From: Trichoplax adhaerens
Lineage: Eukaryota > Animalia > Placozoa
Length of the DNA stretch: 64,000 nucleotides
Direction of reading: 5' to 3'
NCBI RefSeq assembly: GCF_000150275.1
Contig: NW_002060956.1
Coordinates: 1,610,280 to 1,674,279, forward strand
Both the position numbers and the translations under genes were made by a program. Positions 27,371-40,951 of this stretch are shown here, piece after piece. The notes below the pieces were generated by a model that was not told the origin of the DNA, searched no databases, and worked only from the letters and a program-made list of their open reading frames with translations. Position 1 is the first letter of the stretch, and every line of letters starts with the position of its first letter.

Positions 27371-30300
27371 GATGTTGAAATTGAGAAATTTGGATAAATA
27401 ATGTAATAAAAGTTACTATGAGATATCTTTTGCGTATATATAGCATATGTAACCTATATTGACGTTATTAAAAAGCTGAAAATGCAGTAAAGAGTATCGA
27501 ACTCTGCAATAGATTCGCGATAACTGTAATAAGAATTCCCTTTGTATGCTCTAAAATAATATATAAATATATATATATTTATATATGTAATCATAATTAT
27601 ATACATTCGGCTACGAACCGAGAAGTATCGTAGATAAAATAATTCGAAAATGTTGTTTCTGGGCCAATTTCATTTTCTACAATTAAGATAGGATGTGGTT
27701 GTGCAAAAGTAGGAAATTGCAGTGCTTAGCCAGTGCCGTACCATATAGTTTACTGAAAGTTATAAATTTAAAATTAACGGGACAGAAGAAGAATGGCTAC
27801 ACTATAAAATTTTAATCAAAAGGAGGACCTACTACTAATTCAGCCAAGAATTATAATGTAAATTAGTTTCTAAGTTAGAAATCACCCATGCTATGTTACT
27901 AATGAAAATTTTGTATTCGACTTTAATATATCGAAAAAATTGTACGATATTTCGTTATTCCAGGCAACTGTGCCAGAGAAATGAGATGGGTGACTAATCA
28001 CGAACTAATGATACGGCACTATGCGACATAGTAAATTGTATTTACTGACGGTAATATTAATTCGAATAAAAGTGATGAATGATGCATTTAGATGCGACTG
28101 ATAGTTTAAATGTAACAGCTGTTGTCATAATACTGAATACGATTGTTTTAGTTATTAATAATACTAGTAGAACTCACAGCTCGTGATACTTCGCGTACTT
28201 GTTTACTTTACACTGTGAAATATATCGCTTTATACTGTACTCTGTGCTATGTCACTAGTTTTATTGGTAGATCTGCACATTTTAAATAAAAAGCGATAAC
28301 TTTCAAAATAGACTTTATTTTGATATAACTACAAGAGTATGAAACAGTAAAATTGTGATAAACTTCGCTATGATTATGAAATTGTATGCAAACACGTTTA
28401 CATGTAAATCTTTCAGAAGCAAATAAGTAAATGTTGTTATTAAATGTAATTTCCAGAGAAAACCGCGAAAGTGAATCAGGTAGCCTAGTCTTGTTAATTA
28501 CTCAAAGATTGCTTCATCTACTGTTAGTACTCCACATTGTGCTGTACGGTAGACAAAAGTTTGAAGGAAAGCTATAGCAACTACTGGTATAAACAGACAG
28601 CTAAGTACAGAGGAAGCAATGCAAGCAATCGCCTTTGTTTTTGTAAGTATTGCTGAACAAAAATTTCAACTAGCTACATTATTTTTAGCTAATCGCGCGT
28701 TCCAGTAACAAGCGGAAGATATCAAATTCTAAGAATAAGATTTAAACTAATACAATTATTAAGATTTATAAGATTTAGTGCCTATATAAGTAATCCTATA
28801 TACAGTAGCCCAATTAGTGAATAATGCACTATATTTAACCGATATTAATACAGTTGCTTTAGGGGGACAATTGTAAATAAAGTAAATAAAGTTAATCCCC
28901 ACCTTACTGTACAAAAATAAAGTATAGAAACCGCATTGGTATCAGTGGTTTCTGTAGGGGTCAAATTTACATAGTTTATTATAATTGCAGACTATAAGGT
29001 GAGAGGGAAAGGTGTGATGCAATAGTAACAATCTACTTAAAAATATAATACATAACGTATAAATAAACACCATAACATATACCAGATAAAAAACAGAGTT
29101 AGATTCTTTGTGTGAGCTCCTGTGAACATTAATTTTCAAGCATTTCTGAGATAATCTTAACGTATTCGAGCCTTCAGCAATGCAAAACAATTACTAGTAA
29201 TTTTTTGCCTGTATTTATTCAAAAATGACGTATCGTAGTAACATACGTTGAATTTTAAATATAACGGAAATATTTTGAGATCTGCTGCTTGCTTTGCTGG
29301 TCGAGATTGAATTGATTTTCTAGACATAACGAAATTAATTGTAATAGATGAAACATTAGATTGTTACTTGGAGAAACGTTAAGTAATATCGATAAGAACA
29401 GTACACTAAAAAAATGGCTGCACCAATATATAAATACATTATAAAATTTTTGATATTAATTCAGCGAAGTAAATTAATAGCATAACAGTCGAATGTAATG
29501 AATAGCCGTTTGCCTTGATGTTTCACATTTCATACTATCTTATTTAGTGCAATTGTAATTATTCTAATGGAACTAACCCTAGAACATTAGCAGGCTAATT
29601 TTAAGTATATAAGAAGTAACCATGTAAGGATTATTAATAGCTATTACTGTATACGATCATTGCACTTAAGCAATAAGCTCAGAGTAACTATAATGTACAC
29701 TACACAGTCACTCTAAGTAGAGTAGTACATTATTGATATAATATTGTTAAGACTCTTATCTTTAATGCGGCTTAGGCAATTCTTCTATTTTTAACCAGAA
29801 GCAAGCAAAAATTTTTTACAGATTGTTATAGATCATGCGATCCTATATGTTAATGGATAACCACCTTTTTTTTTACAATAAAAGTGGATTAAAATAGTAA
29901 AGTTCTAGGATTACATTTATATTAGTTCCAATTAATATAAGTGAAGTCATATTTCTTTCCAATACTGAATAGTGATAATCTATATTTATAAAATAGAGTC
30001 TAGACTTCTTTCATTAGCGTCAAATAAGGAAAAAATTTTCAATAGCTAGCTTTTACAATCTAGTCTTAACTAAAATGATTTTGCATGAACTGTAATAACG
30101 AGGCATATTTAAGGTCTTATGCTGGAATTAATTCTATGGTAACATGAAGATATATTGAGATTATGAGTGCGGAATTCTGTTAACTAAAAGATACTAAATG
30201 CGCGCCCTAGAGATACTTTTTTACGATAAATAACTTTGAAGCGTTCAACAGGATCAAAGCACAAGTCAGCACCAAGATCAAACAAGGATAAATGCATTAA

Positions 30301-32973
30301 GAAAAATGAAATTGTATAGTTCGGCTTATCTTTTGGCTAATGAATATTTCTACTATTGATATCTAATCAGTTCTGTAGATCGACTATATTATATCATAGG
30401 CTACAAGAAGGACGACTCTTCAAAATCATTAGACATACACTAATAACTTACTGTGTATAAAATAGATCTTTGTCATTATGCCTTAAAAAGTACGGTGCTA
30501 TTGATTATACGAGTAAATTGTGCGTATAAATGTATACCAGGAAGTAATAGTAACCTGTTCAACAGAATTTCTTGTCGTGAATCACACTTGTACCTTACTG
30601 ATCGCCAAAAGAGTTGACACCTTACTGCAGTCCTCAGTTTTATTTATAACCTACATGCTATTACTACTCTTTGCTCAATCTGATTATATCATAAATAATA
30701 CTTCATTAATATAACTGGAGTAGCTAACGGTAAATAATCAAAACATTAAGAATTATTGAAGATATTTTAATGGCTTACCCGGATATTCATTCTAATAATT
30801 ATTTATAGTAATGTCTGAAATTGAAGCAGTCTTCTTATTACTTAATAAGGGTATATTTTATAAATTAGGTTTGTTGTTTATGGTACATTTAGGGTGATTT
30901 TAAATTTGTATATGTTATGCCAGCTATTCGTATCATGTTAATTTTTACTTACAGTTGCAACCATCTCGTTTTGGAAAATTAGTATGATGCTACGCTATCA
31001 CCTCTTATAAAATTACCATAAAAAGTCAAAAATAGCTGTAACTTACGTATAATTGCGTTACAGATTACAAGTATAACTAACTACTCCTGTCTCCACATTC
31101 CGGTAAGGTTAAAATTTCCTAAATATTTTAGTAGCTGGAGTCAAGTATGCTGCCCTCGTGGTTGCAGCATTCCGTATTTCGCTACAATTGGCATTTACTG
31201 TATAGGTTCAAACTGTAGGCATTATACAAATAGGAAGTTGGTATAAGATAAAAGAAGTAAATTATGCAACATTAGCAAATTTCGAAAATGCATGCTTCGC
31301 AAATTTTGCAGGTTCATAATCATTGAAAACAATATGGTGTGTCTATGCGCCCACTCATTGGCGTTTAGGATAAATAGTGCTATACAAGTACAATAGTACG
31401 TTGTTGTATAGGGAGCATGGCAGGATAATGAGAGCAAGATTACGCACTCACTAAAATTTGATGAATTTAGAATTCAATTGTTTACTTATTAAAGTTGTTT
31501 ATGCGGATAGTTTTATTAATAAATAAATAGTAGTAATTCTATCTCGTGCATGAAATGCGAGAAACTTTGCTATGATTACTGAAAAGTAGCTTAAAAGAAG
31601 GAACGGTAAGAAATTTATCTATTGCCATAATTGTTAGCTAAAGGGAGTATCGTAATCAGGTAAATAGTAATTAATCTCATGTATAGCATGTATCGAAGTA
31701 ACCTAGCCAAAGATGGCACGCTAAATGTAATATTAAGTATAAAGCTTAAGGTAAAGCATTACTATTACGTAGTTGATTTACATGACCATGCATCATTCAA
31801 CTGTATTGAATGTTGTCTGGGAATGCTAATGACCATGAGGAACACTAGGTCTGATGAACAATTCTTTTCTACTTTTTAATAAGTCAAAACGTCTAAACAC
31901 TTGCCTTGCGTTCATTTCTTCTGATCATGTAAAAGACTTGTGATTGATGATTATTGCGTTGACGCACATTTTTTTTATTATGAACGTTACGTGGCATATC
32001 ATGAATTATGCATGAGGTAAAGTAATGTATAATTATGTATTATGCGTTAATGTGTAGTATTGTACTATAGCACAGTACTAATTTCTCAGGCCATGTTGCC
32101 GTAGGGTCCCTACCGTGCCGAGAATGTCCATGGATACTTGTGGTGTATATCAATACGGTATCATATACAGTAATATGTAGTGCGGTGTACTATAGTTAAT
32201 AGGAATTTGTATTTTGCAAGATTAGTTTCGATAATACAAACATGTTATATTTTTTCTTCCATCTCTACGACTTGGAAACTCATCTCTACAGTATACTACT
32301 AGACAATCATGTCAAATGTTTTATATTACTGCTGTGGATAATATCGCTCTTCGATCTACAGACGTTAATCTTTATGGGAATGAAGTGACATAGAATTAAT
32401 TTAATTCATCGAGACCATATAAAGCTCTTTCATGTTTGCTACAGTATATGCACACTCATGCAAGTAGGATGACATATGATAAAAGCGGTAAATGATAGTA
32501 CTGTAACTAGGACTGACTGTAACTGTAATAATTAATTGCTAATTAGTAATACGTACAACTGCGGTCTTTGCACGTACCGTAAAACCGTATCGTATTTATA
32601 CCGCGACGTATTTCTCCAATGATCAGTTCTTAAGGGTTCCAAAGTCGAAATCATCAATCAACGCTATATAATACACCGTGAATGAATATCAGTAGTACAA
32701 GAACATTTTCCCCTGCAATTAGTACAATCACTATCAGGCAAATTCAAAAGTTATAATTTCTTTACGCGGTATACGTGTTTTTCAATGTAATACTGGAACC
32801 ATCACACACCTAATAGTATTTAAAAATTGAGGTAGCTTATTGAAATTTGCCTTATTAACAAATAATGCGAAATTTAATTTTATTCCAAATGGACCTACAG
32901 TAGTTGACTTAAGCCATCTCATTTTGCATATAATTAGGAAGGAAGAGAAAAAATTATTGGATCGTTTACAAGT

Positions 32974-33546
32974 ATGAACTCTAACAATGATATCGATGAT
33001 TTGGATTATCTGGTTGAGTTTCCTATTCGTGATACTTCGGAAGATTACGTTGGTATAGAGAATTATAGCAATTGTAATTATGACCCACCACTCTACCACT
33101 TTATGGAGATTCGTTCAGAAAATTCCGACTTTAATAACAATATTGCAGATATTTCACGAGAGAAGGGAAATAAAAGTAAAGATAAAGTATCTGATAAGGA
33201 CAAGTTTGCAAGGTTTGGTCTATGTGATAAGGTTTTAGAAAATATTAAAGTGCCCGACCTAAATAAACTATTGCGTGAAGAGCTGAAAATGCCACCTGAT
33301 GAAATTTTACAAATCAAAGGAAGACGACGGCTACTTAAAAATTGTAAATCAGCTAAAAAGAGTCGTAAGAACAAGACGGATAAAGTTAAATGCCTAGAGG
33401 ATAAATTGGAAGATGTGCTACAAAAATATCATCAACAACTGCAGGAGGTTATTAATCTTCGAAAAGCAATTCGTGAAATAAACGATGTAAATCGCACCTT
33501 AATATGTTGGATTGCATTACTATATGTGCGAACTAATTTACGATAG
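32974..33546 (+). CDS. Maf-like bZIP transcription factor, intronless CDS, divergent basic region
   Basis: DKVLENIKVPDLNKLLREELKMPPDEILQIKGRRRLLKNCKSAKKSR aligns to the Maf extended homology region plus basic region ([36 protein letters not shown]). It is followed by a ~6-heptad zipper and preceded by an acidic N-terminus. Confidence 0.82.
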   Translation: MNSNNDIDDLDYLVEFPIRDTSEDYVGIENYSNCNYDPPLYHFMEIRSENSDFNNNIADISREKGNKSKDKVSDKDKFARFGLCDKVLENIKVPDLNKLLREELKMPPDEILQIKGRRRLLKNCKSAKKSRKNKTDKVKCLEDKLEDVLQKYHQQLQEVINLRKAIREINDVNRTLICWIALLYVRTNLR

Positions 33547-33678
33547 GTTAGTGTACAATATAATAAGTGATTTAAAAATAAATATTCAACTTATCGTTTG
33601 TAACTATATTTTCGTAAAGTTTTCCTTTGCTTAAAGGATAACCTGTCAAGCGCATATCATATTTTCAAGTACGGTACA

Positions 33679-33841
33679 TACGAGATATAATCCAGCACAG
33701 ATGCAGATTTTAAAATGTTCGATATGGTTTGATACTTTCCGGTATCTACGAGATATAATCAAGCACAGAAGCAGATTTTAAAATGCTCGATATGGTTTGA
33801 TACTTTCCGGTATCTTACTTTTCAAGTATCTTACTTTTCAA
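33679..33841. repeat. Tandem duplication 2 x 68 bp followed by 2 x 16 bp
   Basis: tacgagatataatc(c/a)agcacaga(t/a)gcagattttaaaatg(t/c)tcgatatggtttgatactttccggtatc at 33679-33746 and 33747-33814 (3 mismatches); gtatcttacttttcaa twice at 33810-33841. Confidence 0.9.
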
Positions 33842-36800
33842 GTAATACTTACAAAATTATATATTAAGTGCAATAGAAGATCCTTAAACAAAAGATCTTA
33901 TAAACTGTACTCGAACATCAGTGGCATGAAAGAGTTTAGCTTAATCCCTTTAGAAACTATCTGTTTATAAAATTACCATGTGTAACCAACAATATTTATT
34001 ACGTACCATAATTTTAGGAAAGTTTTATGATCCGTATAGTATACGATTCTAGTGCTATCATGAGTAGCACTTTTAAATACCCTTGTGGGTCTTTACTACG
34101 TAAATTGCTTAGCAAAATGATTTAAAAGGTTCACGGTTCCTTATTACTGTCATGCTTTGATTTTATTAGTAGAGTGCCGTATTTTGCTTAAGTTATTCAT
34201 GAGTATGTCTTTTTTACCAAAATTATAGCCATACTGGTACCTATGAAGTAATGCAATTTATGTCAAGAGTAACTTGCTTATATTTTCTATTTTTTAATAC
34301 TGTAACGGGGAGTCAATCAGTGGCATTTTATAACAAAATTGACTTCAAATAAATCTAAAGTTTTAATCTACATTTTACATAGTACAGTACTTGGTGATAA
34401 ATGCCTCTATTACCTTCTTGATAATTGACATAACTTCATCACTATCAGTTTTGAAAGCAGTGTATATTACAAACAGATTTATGCTCACTTTGTTAATATA
34501 TGCTACTACGAGATATCCTGAGATATTAAATCAAACGCTTATTTCCAGATGATAACGATTACATTGATTATAATTTAAAATTATTCTAAATGCGCTAAAT
34601 TTTAATCCGAAAAATTGGTTATTTTGATATGATCCGAAGTAGTGTATAAGATTCTAGAAAATCAAGGTATAAGTATATCGATAGGCGCTACCGTTACATT
34701 CTAAGCAAATGCAGTGGAAGTGAATAATTTTTAGGAGAATAAGCTCATAGGTTGGAGAATAATTGTGGAAATATGAAACAGATACCGTTTTAAAAAAAAG
34801 ACCATATATTTGTTAGTATAGAAGTATTTTAATTCGATACCGATACCCTATTTAATGCTACCCTTGATAAAGTAATTTACTTGATTCTTTCATACAATAT
34901 ACAGTATTATTTAATTAAACTGCAGTAAGGTGCTACTGTAGTACTTCCATGACCATGTTGTGTTGTAATTTGGTATTATTTATAGTACTGTATATCTTGT
35001 ATCTTCTAACTTATTAATGTTACAACTTTTCACGGATATCATCCTACTGTACAACATAAGATAGTATAACTGCATTAGTACTTGCTGTAATAAGAGAACT
35101 ATATCCAGTCCGGTGATATGACTTATCTGTAGCCAATCAGTAGCCGAAAGACTACATACTTATAACTATACACATCGTGCAATCAGTGATTCAAGGATTC
35201 AAAGACTCAGAGGCTTTACTCATTCTAATTTCTAGAGATATACTCTAAGTAGCTAAGTTCTTGACATATCTATTGTAAAGAACATTAGTGGTAAATAACC
35301 TCTTACATTGCTAAGAGTAATTCTAATTCTATTTGGATATTAGTTAACAAACATAACTTGTAAAGATTAAACAAGAATTACTTCATCCTTGAATCTTTAT
35401 CAGAGTACTTCGACGTCAAGTCATTTATTAACACATACATATATTCATCAAGGACTACAAGTACAACATGTTGATCAGCTATTTCCTCATAAAAATGCGA
35501 TATTAGGTAGTATCTGAAGTTCGGTCAATAAATCTGACACTGTTTCTGTAGTGCCGTGTAAATTTTAAAATTCCTTCAGTATTAACTAGTTAAGTAATGC
35601 TCTAGTTATAAGTACCTATAGCAAATTGATCAAAGTGAAGTGAAGTGAAGAGAAGTAAGCGAGATCCTACAATTTCATATAAGGATAGCTGCAGTTCTGA
35701 CATATGAAATTATAATTTTATTAGCGTACGAAAATGGTATATGCGCGTAATTCTAGTCAAATTTACAGTATTTTCTGGTAATAATAATTCTGTTAGTGCT
35801 GTGCTACGGATTTTAAAGTTGCTAATGGCAGAGACTGCGCCAAAGAAAGGGAGATTAATACTACTGGAATGTCACTGTTAACGAATTTCTTTAGTCACAT
35901 TATACTTTGCAATATGTATACATCATTGCGATGATGCTGATGTACTTAATACAATAGTGCAGAATCTAATTATTGCTAGCCATATCGTACAAACAACTAT
36001 CATTATTGACAGATATTTAATACAAAATATAATTTGTCTTTGCTCATATGGCACATTACTTTACATAGATCCTGATTTCTAATATGTACATATTAGAATT
36101 GCTTTTGATCAATTAAATACAAATACATGAAAGGTTTAGCATTTTTAATAAATTCGAATACTACAGTGAAGTGATCTCTTCCTCACATAATCTGAACTTT
36201 CTTAAACAATATGAAGTGGGGGTATTCTGATTGAATTTTCAAGATTGTACTTCATACTTTTACCGCTGATAAACCCAGAACATAAATCTAAGGATTATTA
36301 TCTAAATTAGATATATTTAGGAAGAATATATAACTATAAAATGCAGTAAATGTCTTAGTAGTTATTATCTAAAGATCCTATCATTTTTATTGGGAATAAT
36401 ATATCCGGGTTACTTTAATCGTTTAGTACTTCAATCTAAGCGTGTAACCAGATATTATCTATATGCTACTTAACTCTAATTGAGGTACCATACGCCTACA
36501 TTATAATACACAGCATTATTGAATTATTGAATACTATTAGATCGGAAACTATTTATGGCACTCTTTTCAAAAAAATGAATGGATAGAACATCTGCATCAT
36601 CCGTGCTGGAGTTTAAGTATGTCATAAATGAACACTTGACTTCTGCATATTGTGATATACTAAAATTTTTGAAGACTGTGGCATTATACAGTGCTATTGC
36701 GTGTGTGTATACTGCACGAGCACAAGATTGTTTAATTAGTGTTTACCTCGGTGAGCCCTTTGCGAATTCGAAATTGACTGTCGGAAATAAAAAAGAAGAG

Positions 36801-38954
36801 GTATTACTCTAGATTATGGCATGTTCATGGAGCTTTGTAGGTAAAGTACAAGGTTCAAAGTATTTGCTACTATTTTTGTTCTGTATCGATCTACTCTTCC
36901 GAATGAAGACATTTATATTAGTAATATCTGTGGTGTTACGATAAATTCCTGTTTGTAGACTTGATTTCAGAAAAACTCTATTAATTATTATAAAATCGTA
37001 TCTACTTATTCAGTGCGGACAAGCGTTTCGACCGCCAATTAGTCTTGAAAATCAAAAATACTTTGTACACATGCGAGGATCAAAATAATATATAAATATC
37101 ACATATAGGTAGCGTAGAATTTGCGTACAGTATATTCAAAATGTATATTAAAAATTTGTAAAATTCTTTGATTGCTAACTAAAACATTACCCAAAAGTTG
37201 CATTTACAGGAATAATGCGATCATACACATATCCCGCATAAAGTAAGATTGAAAGCGATCTGCAATACTTCAACCAGAGTAGACACAAGAAGGCCACTTT
37301 AAAATGATAAACGTATGATAGTGAAACATGTAAATTTGCATAGTTTTGGGATAAGATCTTTATCTATTAATCTTATGATAAATTAGTCAGTTACCCATTA
37401 CCCTTTTCAACAACTTATCTAGCTTAGATTAAATACAACACAAATAGCAAGACTCTTCAGTGGTCCAATCTTAAATAAATCACATCGAGCATATCGATTC
37501 ACAAATCGTACCAAAGTAAAGCATAACTCGAGCGTTATTTCTTCACCGTTAAAACTAATTGAAATTAGTAGGAGTAATAACGGACGCACAGTTATTAAGA
37601 TTAACAACCTTGAATTCAAACTTAAGTTAGCTTAAGAACAAAAAACATCACTTTATTTTCACAGTTGCCAACAATCTTACAAAGAAATTATAATAGGGCT
37701 AAAGTAACCCCTTTAACAATCAAACTATCAAAGAATGAGAATGCTCACGATTTTAGGTGTATCTTAACATTTAACTTCTTACTTCACTACACCACTTTTT
37801 ATATGCTATGCAGAGCAGTTGGCGATACTAGGATACTGATTTGTCACTTTAAACTATTGTAAATCAAACTAGCAATTAATCATATAAGTAGGATAGATAT
37901 ATACTATCCTAGATACACGGAAATACTAATCGTAAATTCATTATTGTAATCACAGTTCAGCTATAAATTGTATCTTTCTACAGAGTACGGAACATAACTA
38001 TAAAATCCACAAAGACAAAGCAGCCGTCTTAGAGTAGAACTCAGATCGAAATGTCTGGGTTCATACTGTATTACATCATAAAGCAAAATAACTTTTACTG
38101 TATCTTATGATCAAAGTTGGCTGCCATTTTTTATCTTCATTAAGGCTTGAATGTTATACAGTATTAGCTAAATATATCACTTGAATTACAATCTAAGATT
38201 GTGTAAGTCTAAACTATATTACTGGATACTATTCAATTCTAATCATGATAAAGTTTTCGGGTTTACAATGTACTAAGACACATTGGAGTTAAATCTACTG
38301 TGATTAAACCAAATAAGTTATAGAATTTACTTTAGTCTACAAAAACTTCAATATTAACCTTTATCACATAGGATAGCAAAATCTGCAAAGGAATACTACG
38401 TACTAAATAAAAGAGGATAAAAAGTAAACTAAACTTGTTGAATTTGCTAAGGCTACAAATCGTTTTTATCGCGCCTACAATATACAACACACCTATGTAT
38501 AAAATACTGTTTCCGAAAAACAGTCATGCAATACGGATTTAAAGAGGATAGTTTATCTGCCATGGGCGATACAAGGAAGTTCTAAGAAAGCCTAGTTGTC
38601 TCAGAACTCCCTAACGTTACGATTAGATAGATCGTTGAGGATTCTTTTCGTAAACGTCATTGCTAATACAAAATGTACTGTAAAAATCTCTAGCAATGGT
38701 TGTTACTGCATCGCCCATACAAATAGGAGTAAAAGCGTTTGTCGATTCTCATTTATAATACTCTCTATCCGTGATTGCATAACTGTTCTCTTTTAAAACT
38801 TGCCAAATCCTTTAGTTAGCAATTTAGCAGCTTTAAAAGGCGAAACTACAAAATTTAAAATACTGTAAGAACAAAATGGGATCTTGGAAGTGCAACGTTG
38901 CCATGTGACAAATTCCAGCTTAAGCAGGTGATGCGATTTGGACGTTAATTTTTT

Positions 38955-39404
38955 TTATATGCTGATCTCCAATTTCAAATTCTCATCCGCTAAGTGTTCG
39001 ATCTGTTGAAGCTTCAGCGGCTGCGGCAGCCTAGGATCTCTTGTAACAGTACGAATTTTTTGGATTTGTAGTCGAAGTTTCGCAATGCATTTGGCATCTT
39101 CCTCCCTTTTTTCGGAAGACCGCTTTTGCCGCAGTTTCGAGTTTTTAATATTTTGATTCTTCTTTCGGATATTGCGAATCAGATTCCGTCCAGGTTTCCT
39201 AAGTTCCATCGGTATCTTACGTAGGATATCATTATAATATTTCACTCCTTCTTCTGCTAACTCTTCAGCCGTGCTCCCTGATGTAATGACTAAGGTCATT
39301 CTTAATTGGAATTCTTCATCTTGAACGATGGGTTTCACCCTGTCGTCCATAACATAGTCGACTATGTTGTTCAGATCTTTACTTGGAGAATGGTTAAGGG
39401 CCAT
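38955..39404 (-). CDS. Divergent CNC/Maf-type bZIP-like protein, intronless CDS
   Basis: STAEELAEEGVKYYNDILRKIP..NLIRNIRKKNQNIKNSKLRQKR resembles the CNC domain plus basic region ([40 protein letters not shown]). Short zipper. Clearly paralogous to 40952-41470. Confidence 0.65.
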   Translation of the reverse strand: MALNHSPSKDLNNIVDYVMDDRVKPIVQDEEFQLRMTLVITSGSTAEELAEEGVKYYNDILRKIPMELRKPGRNLIRNIRKKNQNIKNSKLRQKRSSEKREEDAKCIAKLRLQIQKIRTVTRDPRLPQPLKLQQIEHLADENLKLEISI

Positions 39405-39623
39405 TACTTCAATGTTTCCTAGTCCAATGGGCGATAACTAACAGTATCGACTTGCTACTTAATTAATCATCAAATAAGGAGAAGCTTTCGGGAGCAAATC
39501 CACCTCAGTTCTTCATCCCAATCCACTTTGATGTGTCTGATCGGCAAAACAGTCTTACTTGCTGTTCTGTAGTACAGTACCGTACCGAACTTGGGCTACA
39601 AGTCCAGTACTGTACAGTGTACA

Positions 39624-39878
39624 GTACAGTATCACATTTTTAAATTTGTACTGTACACTGTGTAGCAAAATTTGCCTTTATTTAGTTATTATTCCGCAGG
39701 TGCTTTAATAAAACAGAAATTTAACTACGGATTTGAAATCTTCAACTAATGCACTATCGTTTGAATTACTTTTTACATGATTTGGTCAATATTAAAGCAT
39801 TTACAGTACTTATTTAATAATCTGGAACGAAAAAGATCACGCTGTACTGTACAGTATCACATTTTTAAATTTGTACTG
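39624..39878. repeat. Perfect 30-bp direct repeat upstream of the 38955-39404 gene
   Basis: gtacagtatcacatttttaaatttgtactg at 39624-39653 and 39849-39878, embedded in GTAC-rich tracts. Confidence 0.85.
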
Positions 39879-40951
39879 CACAGCATCGGATTGCAATTTG
39901 CCAGTCGTAACCGCCAAAATCCATCGCTCAACGTGGCAAATTGCAAACATTTACTTACGGATTGACGGAAATAATGTTCCCTTGCACACTAAAGCTACAG
40001 TATACGTCCTGTTATTTCTTACCGTTTTCGAAAAAGGAATTGTATACCAAATTGTTGATTGGCTCAACGAACTCTGCACGATGTGTACTGTACGTGATTG
40101 GACCACTACAATGTACAGTAGTTATCCATAACACGGTATGGGCGAGCAGTACGAGTACGGTTAGGATTGAGAAAATGAAGAAGCCGAGGTTATCTGACCA
40201 GGCCTAAGGAAGCGCTTAATTCTTCAGTATACTGTACACAATCAGTGATGACCAACACTTTGACAACCATTTTCCACTGTTTTAACAATATACCTTTTAT
40301 TGATTTACACAACTACCTCTAAAATTCTCGTCAATGAGAGTCACGCCGCATGATCAAATTAACGTATTACATTTATTTATACTGTACTGAATGTCGATTC
40401 ACAAATGTAAGATTTCAATCGACACACTATTCCTTGACCGTTCAAGTACACAGCCAAATTTAAAACCAATTAAAATATATATATTTGCTACCTAACAAGT
40501 GCAACCATGACACAATTTCCGAATTAGTCCAATGTATCAAGACAAGCGTGTGATCATTTTAAAGGAAAGAAGGAAGCAGCAAGGTTGGGTCAATGTGGAT
40601 CGTATTTCGTGAAGGGTGCAAATATGGCAAAAGATCGATTGTATGGACCGTTACAGTTCTGTTAAAGACTTACTACAGTACAGTACAGAGCTGTCCGGTC
40701 CACTCCAATCGATCTTGCAATATTTGCTCTCTTCACGGAATACGCTTCACATTGACCTATCCTTGTTGACCTGTTTGTTTCCAATACTAATTCAAAAATT
40801 CTTTAGTTCACAAATGAGTAGCATAAAAACAGCCAAGCTACGAGACACAAATGTTTGACTTTAACCATTTGAGAAACTAACAACAGAATAAAACTACAGT
40901 AGACACTTTTCACGACTAATTTAAGGTCGTAAAAACGTTCTGGAGCGGCTA

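Noticed and set aside
32782-33374. Minus-strand ORFs overlapping the Maf-like gene (likewise antisense ORFs over the fucosyltransferase, CPEB1, iGluR and STRA6-like exons)
   Set aside because: Antisense shadows of real coding sequence.
35360-35520. Fragmentary frame containing KIKQE, suggestive of a decayed transcription factor
   Set aside because: Too short, interrupted by stops and without any domain motif.
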